Below are positions 55,670 to 64,000 of a DNA stretch of 64,000 nt, piece by piece. Position 1 is the stretch's first letter, and each line of letters begins with the position of its first letter. Both the position numbers and the translations under genes were made by a program. The notes under the pieces are model-generated. The model saw nothing but the letters and a program-made list of their open reading frames with translations. It did not search any database and was not told the DNA's origin. Source of the stretch: Anolis carolinensis (Eukaryota); NCBI RefSeq assembly GCF_035594765.1, contig NC_085846.1, positions 15,053,190-15,117,189 on the forward strand, read 5' to 3'.

Positions 55670-56670
55670 AGAATCATAGAATCATAGAATAGTAGAGTTG
55701 GAAGAGACCTCATGGGCCATCCAGTCCAACCCCCTGCCAAGAAGCAGGGAATCGCATTCAAAGCACCCCCGACAGATGGCCATCCAGCCTCTGTTTGAAA
55801 GCTTCCAAAGAAGGAGCCTCCACCACAGTCCGGGGCAGAGAGTTCCACTGCCGAACAGCCCTCACAGTGAGGAAGTTCTTCCTGATGCTCAGGTGGAATC
55901 TCCTTTCCTGTAGTTTGAAGCCATTGTTTCGCGTGCTAGTCTCCAGGGCAGCAGAAAACAACCTTGCTCCCTCCTCCCTATGACTTCCCCTCACATATTT
56001 GTACATGGCTATCATGTCTCCTCTCAGCCTTCTCTTCTGCAGGCTAAACATGCCCAGTTCTTTAAGCCTCTCCTCATAGGGCTTGTTCTCCAGACCTTTG
56101 ATCATTTTAGTTGCCCTCCTCTGGACGCTTTCCAGCTTGTCAACATCTCCTTTCAACTGTGGTGCCCAGAATTGGACACAGTATTCCAGGTGTGGTCTGA
56201 CCAAGGCAGAATAGAGGGGTAGCATGACTTCCCTGGATCTAGATGCTATTCCCCTATTGATGCAGGCCAAAATCCCATTGGCTTTCTTAGCAGCCGCATC
56301 ACATTGTTGGCTCATGTTTAACTTGTTGTCCACAAGGACTCCAAGATCTTTTTCACATGTACTGCTGTCTAGCCAGGCGTCCCCCATTCTGTATCTTTGC
56401 ATTCCATTTTTTTCTGCCAAAATGAAGTATCTTGCATTTATTCCTGTTGAACTTCATTTTGTTAGTTTCGGCCCATCTCTCTAGTCTGTCAAGATCGTTT
56501 TGAATTCTGCTCCTGTCTTCCGGAATGTTGGCTATCCCTCCCAGTTTGGTGTCATCTGCAAACTTGATGATCGTGCCTTCTAACCCTTCGTCTAAGTCGT
56601 TAATAAAGATGTTAAACAGAACCGGGCCCAGGACGGAACCCTGCAGCACTCCACTCGTGACTTCTTTCCA
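55670..56670 (-). mobile_element. CR1 LINE, 5'-truncated, young (ORF2 reverse transcriptase C-terminus plus 3' UTR)
   Basis: [18 protein letters not shown]...KFADDTK...EKDLGVLVD...[11 protein letters not shown]; one frameshift in an A-run near 56410; (ATTCTATG)n tail at about 55670-55690. Confidence 0.95.
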
Positions 56671-56799
56671 AGATTTATTTATTTTGAGTTTATTTAATTA
56701 TTATTATTTTGTTTCAACCTGTTTGTTTTAATGTTATTTGCCGTAAACATGACCAAGAGCCCTGCCAATGTCTTCCATAAATGCCATACTGCCCACCAC

Positions 56800-57884
56800 C
56801 CAAATGAGGGCTTTCATATGGGGACAATTTCATCCAAGATTTTCTGTTTTTCCTCCACCACAGACATCCCAGTGTTTCTTACTCTCCCCATTGGTGTGAA
56901 ATTTGCATGACCCCGCCCACTGCCTTTCCCATAACCCTTTCCTATTCTTTTCTATGGCACACAGCAAACAGAGGAAACGATCAGTAACTGAACATACTAG
57001 AGAGGTTTGGGGAGTATTCACCATGATTTATAGGAGGTACTGGGGTGTATAGTTCACCTGCAATCTAAGAGCACTCTGAACTTCACCAATGATGGACCAG
57101 GAACTAACTTGGCACACAGATCCCCCATGACCAACAAAACATACTGGAAATCTTTGGAGGGATTTATAGGAGTTGTAGAGCGCACTATGAACCCAAACAA
57201 TAATGGATCTGGACTTGGCATGCATATACCCTATATGCCCAAATTCGAACACTGGTGGGTTTTGAGTGGAATTGGCCTGGACATTTTGGAGTTGTAGGTA
57301 CTGGGATTTATAGTTCACTTGCAATCAATGAGCACTCTGAACTCCACCAAGACGGAATCGGATCACACTTGGTACACAGAGCTCCTATGACCAGCAAAAA
57401 ATACTGGAGGTCTTTGGGGAAAATTTACCTTGATTTTGGAGAATTATAGGATATGGATATGGACCAAATTTGTCACACATATTTGATATGCCGAAATTTG
57501 ATTATTGGAAGGGTTTGGGGGGAACTGACCTTCCTTTCTGGGAGTTATAGTTCACCCACAACCAGGGAAACTGTGATCTCCACCAATGATGAACCGGGAC
57601 TAAACTTGGCACTCATGACTAGCTCAATCTTCTGGAAGGGTTTGAAGGGACTGACTCACTATAGTGTAACTTGTAGTTTACCCTATAGCCAGAGAGCACA
57701 CTGAACCGATGATGCATCTAGAGCAAACTTGCCCAACATAAAAAAAACTTTAAGTACTGATGGAGTTTCTCAAGGTTAACCTGGCATGATGTCAGTTGTA
57801 GTTAATGCACAACCTTATGCATTTTGGACAATTAAAACATTGACTTTTTCAAATAACCCGGACAACACCGGGTACCCAAGCTAG
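56800..57884 (+). mobile_element. non-autonomous Helitron (5' end not located)
   Basis: 3' hairpin acccgg-acaaca-ccgggt (57856-57873) then CTAG|T; interior colinear with the 47302 copy. Confidence 0.7.
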
Positions 57885-58611
57885 TATAACTAATATAAGG
57901 ATTCTTGGAACTTAGTGCAAAAATGTAACTTTATTAAGCATAGGAAATTCTACTTTAATTTTACATACACACACCACTCTATTCTTATTCTTCTACCTAG
58001 ATGTAAATCTGCAAACCATCATCCTCCACTTTTTTATTTTGTTGCTATCTTTAGGAATAAAGAAAGGCAAGATTTCATAATAAGAAACAGAAGTAAACAG
58101 GATTATCACTCTTCCTCCATGAACTATTTCTGTTCTAGGCGGTTAAGATAAGAAGAGTAAAACAACCGGTTGTATTATTGCATTACAGTGGCTTTAATCT
58201 GATCATTATATGAACACGATAACACGAAGAGCTCGTGCCTAAGTTTTCCTTTCTTTTGCCCTCTGCACTCTTTTTTCTCATCTTCTGATGTGCCTTTTTA
58301 GATAACACACACAAAGGCTGTCCGGAAATCTGTTTTGTTTGTCCTTGATATCTTATGAGCCTCTTCAGATGAGTAAAGGGGGTATAAAGGCTGCATGAAA
58401 ATAAATAAAACATGATATTCATCAGAACATCAGAAATTAAATGAATGATGTCTTAATGAACATGAATGATGTCTTAATGAATGATATATTTTGATATACA
58501 GTATGTATTTTATGGTAATGTGTCCTATCCGTATTATTATTTTAATGGAGACACAGCTTGATTATAAATACTATTGAAACCTCTAGGCTCGGTGCAACAG
58601 CATATGAAATA

Positions 58612-58927
58612 CAGTAGAGTCTCACTTATCCAACATAAAAGGGCCGGCAGAATGCTGGATAAGCGAATATGTTGGATAATAAGGAGGGATTAAGAAAAAG
58701 CCTATTAAACGTCAAATTATGTTATGATTTTACAAATTATGCACCAAAACATCATGTTATAACAACAAATTTAACAGAAAAAGTAGTTTAATACGCAGTA
58801 ATGCTATGTAGTAATTACTGTATTTATGAATTTAGCACCAAAATATCACAATGTATTGAAAAGGCAGACTGCGTTGGATAATCCTGAACGTTGGATAAGC
58901 AAATGTTGGATAAGTGAGACTCTACTG
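58612..58927. mobile_element. same Tigger-like MITE, opposite orientation
   Basis: TIRs and TA duplication. Confidence 0.88.
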
Positions 58928-59846
58928 TAATCATCTAGTTGGCTACTAAGAGAAAAGGGTTACCAAAATGTGTGTGGTAATGCAAGATAGAGTGTAGAAA
59001 AGTTTTGGGACTGCAACTCCCAGAATCCCCGGGCAGCATGCCTATTCTTCATGGGGATTCTGGGACTTGTAGTCCAAGGATGTAAGCATGACTGCTAAGA
59101 ACTCTCTGATGAGCTGAAGTAAATATATTAGAGTTGAGCCTAGGAACATGTTTTTTCGGGTTGTATGGCCCGAAACTCTTGAACAAGGATCCAGGAACAC
59201 TTTATGTTCATCTACAAAGTGTGCATCTACATTGTAAAATTAATACAATTTGATGCCACTTTAATTGCCATGGCTCAGTGCTATGGAATCCTAGGAGTTG
59301 TAGTTTGGTGAATTTGCCAAATCCCATGATTTGAGCATTGAGCCATGGCAGTTAAAGTGGCGTCAAACTGCATCCATTCTACAGTATAGAGACACACACC
59401 GCGCTCCCAGTCCTGATCACAATTTAAATCCATTCCTGTTCAAGTGGATCACACCCAAACCAGTTCCACACTCTTTGCACAAGCCACGCCACCGCTCCTC
59501 CTGGCTCTTGCTTCCTTCCAGCTGCTTTATGCCAATGTCCTTGTCCTTCTAATCCCATATCACACTCCTTACTGCATGCGTTCTATATTTAAGTAGGACT
59601 CCTTGGACCAGATTAAAAGCAAGCGCCTTTCTAAAGATGCCAGACAGACATAGACAAGAAGAAGACAGCCAAGGAATCCTGGCACGCACATTTCTTGTCT
59701 TAGTTTCCTAAACATCAAAAAAAATCATATTGCAGTAAGACAATCGGGGTGCTCTGTGCCATTTTCCCAAACAAATGGCAGCCCCGATCCAAAACGTAAC
59801 CAGAAAACATTTGGATTTCTACTAAAGCTTCCAGAATCCCTCAGCC

Positions 59847-60563
59847 CAGTGGTTCTCAACCTTCCTAATGCTGCGACCCCTTAATACAGTCCCTCATATT
59901 GTGGTAACCACCCAACCATACAATTATTTTCGTTGCTACTTCATAACACTCATTTTGCTACTTTTATGAATTGTAATGCAAATATCTGATATGCAGGATG
60001 TATTTTAATTCACTGGACCAAATTTGGCACACAAATACCCAATACGTCCAAATTTGAATACTGATGGGATTGGGGAGGGGATGATTTTGTCATTTGGGAG
60101 TTGTAGTTGCTGGGATTTATAGTTCACCTACAATCAAAGAGTATTCTGAACTCCATCAAGGAAGGAACTGAACCAAACTGGCACACAGAACTCCCATGAT
60201 TAACAGAAAATACTGGAAGGGTTTGGTGGGCATTGACCTTGAGTTTTGGAGTTGTAGTTCACCTACATCCAGAGAGCAGTGAGGACTCCAAACAATGATG
60301 GATCTGGACCAAACTTGGCACAAATACTCAATATGCCCTAATTTGAACACTGGTGGAGTTTGGGGGAAATAGACCTTGACATTGGGAATTGTAGTTGCTG
60401 GGATTTATAGTTCACCTACAAAAGAGCCCCTTGATCCCCACCAACAGTCGAATTGGGCCAAACTTCCCACACAGAACCCCCATGATCAACAGAAAATACT
60501 GGTCATTGGTGACCCCTCTGAACTCCCCTAGCGACCCCCCTCCCCCAGGGTTGAGAAACGTTG
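59847..60563. mobile_element. SPIN-family (hAT) non-autonomous element with internal tandem subrepeats
   Basis: cagtggttctcaaccttcctaatgctgcgacccc... SPIN/URR1-type end; 8-bp TSD cctcagcc/ccttagcc. Confidence 0.8.
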
Positions 60564-61169
60564 CCTTAGCCACTGCCTGAGAAATTCTAAGACTTGGATG
60601 AGTCCTGGATCCTGTAATACAAAAAAGTAACTTTTTCCAGCTCTGAAAAAGAGCAGACAGCTGACATATGAGGCCACTGGAGAGAAATGTGCAAGGGGAA
60701 ATATTACAAGAAAAGAGAGCACTTTGTTTTTATTCAGAGAGACTTCAAATGCATCTACACTGTAGAATTAATGCAGTTTGATGCCACTTTAACTGTCATG
60801 GCTCAATAATATGCAATCATGGGAGCTGTAGTTTGGTAAGGCAGCCGCACTTTTGGGCAGAGAAGGCTAAAGACCTTGTAAAACCGCACCTCCCATGATG
60901 CCACAGCATTGAGCCATGGCAATTAAAGTGATGCCAAACTGCATTAAATGTACAATATAGATTCAGGCTTCATGAAGGTGTGGAAGGAGAAGAAAGCACA
61001 CTCTTTATGATGCAGAGGGAGAAAAGGAAGTTTAAAAAAGGGGGAACACCAAAAGTTAAGAGTTCTGTGCTTGAAAAGGAAATCATGATGAAATCAGATG
61101 TTCCTCTTTAGGTGAAGCACGTAAGGAATTCAGGGTAAAGTTAAGTATACATCCCTGAGAAATCAGGAA

Positions 61170-61362
61170 GTGCATCTACACTGTAGAATTAATCTAGTTT
61201 GGCACCACTTTAACCGCCATGGCTCAATGCTATGGATTCATAGAAATTGTAGTTTGGCGAGCCACAATTTGGGAGTAAAACTGCAACTGCTATGATTCCT
61301 TAACACAGATCTATGGCAGCTAAAGTGGTGTCAAACTGTATTAATTCAACAGTGTAGATGCA
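61170..61362. mobile_element. palindromic MITE GTGCATCTACACTG...CAGTGTAGATGCAC (copies at about 53222-53401, 59219-59392, 60750-60962)
   Basis: inverted arms of about 70 bp, repeated at four or more loci. Confidence 0.7.
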
Positions 61363-61524
61363 CTCTTTGATTCAGTGCATCTGACTATATGCTGAGTATA
61401 CTTCCTAACTATGACTAACACCAGTAAATAGAGACAGCAAACCTGGAATTAGAAGGGAAACTAATCATTCAGGCATCTAGAAAAACAAATTGTATTTTTC
61501 CATCTCACATAATCCTTGGTTTAG

Positions 61525-62090
61525 TAACCAGAGAAGTCAGCCATAGCAGAGCACTTGGTGAACCAACCTGGACACAGCGTATTATTTGAGAACACAGAAA
61601 TGCTAGACCACTCTAACAACTATCATGTCAGACTACACAGAGAAACCACTGAAATCCACAAGCATGTGGGGAATTTCAACAGAAAGGAGGAAACCATAAA
61701 AATGAACAAAATCTGGCTACTAGTATTTTAAAAACTCTAAAATCAGGACAACAACATTCAGAAAACAGGGGAATTCCAGAAAAGAAATAATCGGGGCCAG
61801 CTAACACCTCCCAACAAAGGATTTCCCCGGACAGGACTCTGCCAGGCTTTGAAGCTGCATGGCTATTCAATGGTAATCAAGGTGGCCAACTGCAACATTT
61901 GCACTTGCCTCAAACAGATAAGAGTTCTTTCTCCCACCCTGGACATTCCACAGATATATAAACCCTACTTGCCTAGTTTCCAACAGATCTCACAACCTCC
62001 GAGGATGCCTACCATAGATGTGGGCGACACGTCAGGAGAGAATGCTTCTGGAACACGGCAATTACAGCCTGGAAAACTCACAGCAACCCA
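61525..62090 (+). mobile_element. Penelope-like element 3' end (GIY-YIG fragment plus pLTR)
   Basis: [46 protein letters not shown] followed by the pLTR. Confidence 0.88.
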
Positions 62091-62164
62091 ACTTTTGGGG
62101 GTTTTAACAGCAGGGCAAGATCTTTATAGGGAATTCCCAAATGATTAGTGAAAAAAAGGAACTA

Positions 62165-62487
62165 CAGTAGAGTCTCACTTATCCAAGCCTCGCTTATGCA
62201 AGCTTCTGGATAATCCAAGCCATTTTTGTAGTCAATGTTTTCAATAAATCATGATATTTTGATGCTAAATTCATAAATACAGTAATTACAACATAACATT
62301 ACTGCATATTGAACTACTTTTTCTGTCAATTTTGTTGTATAACATGATGTTTTGGCGCTTAATTTGTAAAATCATAACCTAATTTGATGTTTAATAGGCT
62401 TTTCCTTAATCCCTCCTTATTATCCAAGATATTCGCTTATCCAAGCTTCTGCCGGCCTGTTTGGCTTGGATAAGTGAGACTCTACTG
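62165..62487. mobile_element. same Tigger-like MITE
   Basis: TIRs and TA duplication. Confidence 0.88.
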
Positions 62488-62909
62488 TATATCAACCAAA
62501 TGGCTCAAGTGGAGGATGAAAAGTGTGACAAATGTCTTTGTGTGGCCTTTAGAAGGTATGTTGTCATACCACTCTGAAAGTATGGCTCAACAATGATGAT
62601 GCATATTATCTTTCTCCCCTGATCTTCGCTCAAACAAGTACAGGTTGAGAGTATTTAATATTTAATATTCTGAAATACAAAACACTCCAAAATTGGGGAG
62701 GTGACAGCTTTGTTTTCTGAGGCTTCGATGTACACAAACCTGCATGCACAAAATCATTTAATATGCAAATATTCCAATATCCGAAATCCCAAACACTTCT
62801 GGTCCCAAGGCTTACTCAACCTGCTACATTAATGATCTAATCTGAAAAAATATATATCTCAGGAACACATTTACTGAACTAGATAAGGCAAGAAGGTGCA
62901 TCTATATTA

Positions 62910-63099
62910 CATATGGGCCAACTTTGGCTCTCCAGGTGTTTTGGACTCCAACTCCCACCATTCCTAACAGCCTCAGGCCCCTTCCTTTTCCCCCTCAGCC
63001 GCTTAAGCGGCTGAGGGGGAAAAGGAAAGGGCCTGAGGCTGTTAGGAATGGTGGGAGTTGGAGTCCAAAACACCTGCAGGGCCAAAGTTGACCCATGGG
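62910..63099. mobile_element. palindromic hAT MITE, long subtype, nested in a GCATCTACACTG-type element
   Basis: same body as 46413-46606 with altered ends. Confidence 0.8.
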
Positions 63100-63239
63100 T
63101 TGCAAAGCATTGAGTCATGTTAGTTTAAAGCGGTGCCAAACTGCAGTGTAGATGCCTCCTTCTGTCAGCCTAGGCCCTTGTTTTCTCTGCTCTTTTCCCT
63201 TTCTTTCCCCAAAGGGATGCTATACTCCACCTTTTCAAG

Positions 63240-63640
63240 AGAAGCCTTCCCAAACACGTGTAGCTTGCCCGATCGTGGGAATCGGCGGAAGAGAGCGGGC
63301 AGGAGCCCAGCAATGCGTGCAGGAGGGTTTCAGCCTCTTGCAAAAGCCATGCCGGGGCTGGACCCAGCCTTGCAAAGACCGCCTTGCCTCTTCCTGTCTG
63401 CCAGTCGCACCGTTTCCTCTCCTTTGCAATTGCTGCTGCTCGGTGCAAACGCTCCTTCCTTTCCTCTGCATCCACTCCGCACCTTTCCTATCGCCCTTTT
63501 TGCGGGAAGCTCCGCCTTGAAGGCTCCCATTGGTTCAGCCTCGCATCGCTCCAGTCCCGGGGAGAACGCAAGAGGAGTTCAAAGGGTAGGGCGATGCGGA
63601 GTGAAACCGGTTTAGGAGCGCGCGCGTGGATATGGAGGGC
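63240..63640. promoter_or_regulatory. CpG-rich promoter and probable non-coding first exon of MBOAT7
   Basis: strong local CpG enrichment, a minus-strand CCAAT near 63529 and a possible minus-strand donor ACG|GTGCGA near 63410; MBOAT7 needs an upstream 5' UTR exon. Confidence 0.6.
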
Positions 63641-63659
63641 CCAAGAATCTGGGCTTCAC

Positions 63660-63995
63660 TGCAAACCCCAACCTAAGTCCCTCCAAATGTGTTCGGACTA
63701 CAGAACTCATTTGCTGCTGGCTGGGGATGATGGGATTTGTAGCCACAACTCCTCTGTTGTTGTTCTTCCATGTGTTTTTAAAGCATTTGTTTTTGAACAA
63801 TTCTATGTTTGGTTGTGTTTGACTACAGCACCCATCAGCTGCTGGCTGGGGGCGATGGGATTTGTAGTCACAAGTTCGAAACTCAACCTAAGGCACTCCA
63901 AATGTGTTGGGACAACAGCACCCATCAGATGCTCACTGGGGATGATGGGATTTCTTGCCACAACACCTTTTGCTTTTGTTGTCCCATGTGCTTTT
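63660..63995. repeat. degenerate tandem repeat beside the CpG island
   Basis: three copies of gactacag..cat..gctgctggctggggatgatgggatttgtag.cacaa. Confidence 0.7.
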
Positions 63996-64000
63996 CCAGC

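Noticed and set aside
55758-56649. Longest ORFs in the window as a host gene
   Set aside because: CR1 ORF2 fragment, 5'-truncated and frameshifted.
63133-63615. 160-aa ORF as possible TSEN34 start
   Set aside because: No recognisable TSEN34 sequence; stop-poor GC-rich DNA, with the start inside a repeat.

Overview
Eukaryotic, intron-rich vertebrate DNA. It is almost certainly a squamate reptile, most likely an Anolis lizard; this is inferred from the repeat content (Sauria SINE, Anolis-type SINE2, SPIN, CR1, L2, R4/Dong, Penelope). The window holds the conserved block CNOT3(+, last 8 coding exons) > < LENG1(-, 4 exons, 260 aa) < TMC4(-, 16 exons, 714 aa) < MBOAT7(-, 7 coding exons, 471 aa), the same order as human 19q13.42. 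A CpG-rich promoter at the right end is probably that of MBOAT7. I built all exon chains by hand from splice sites and reading-frame phase, and each chain closes in frame. Introns are dense with transposons: palindromic hAT MITEs, SPIN derivatives, pogo/Tigger-like and PIF-like MITEs, non-autonomous Helitrons, LINE fragments and SINEs. The most notable non-coding signal is about 11 copies of a minimal hammerhead ribozyme motif carried by Penelope-like elements. Many are in inverted pairs, and several lie in the sense orientation of the TMC4 and MBOAT7 pre-mRNAs. Other points are a GC-AG intron in LENG1, a repeat module shared by Helitrons and a SPIN element, and chimeric or stacked MITEs. I found no convincing wholly new protein-coding system; most short ORFs in the supplied track are spurious or repeat-derived.
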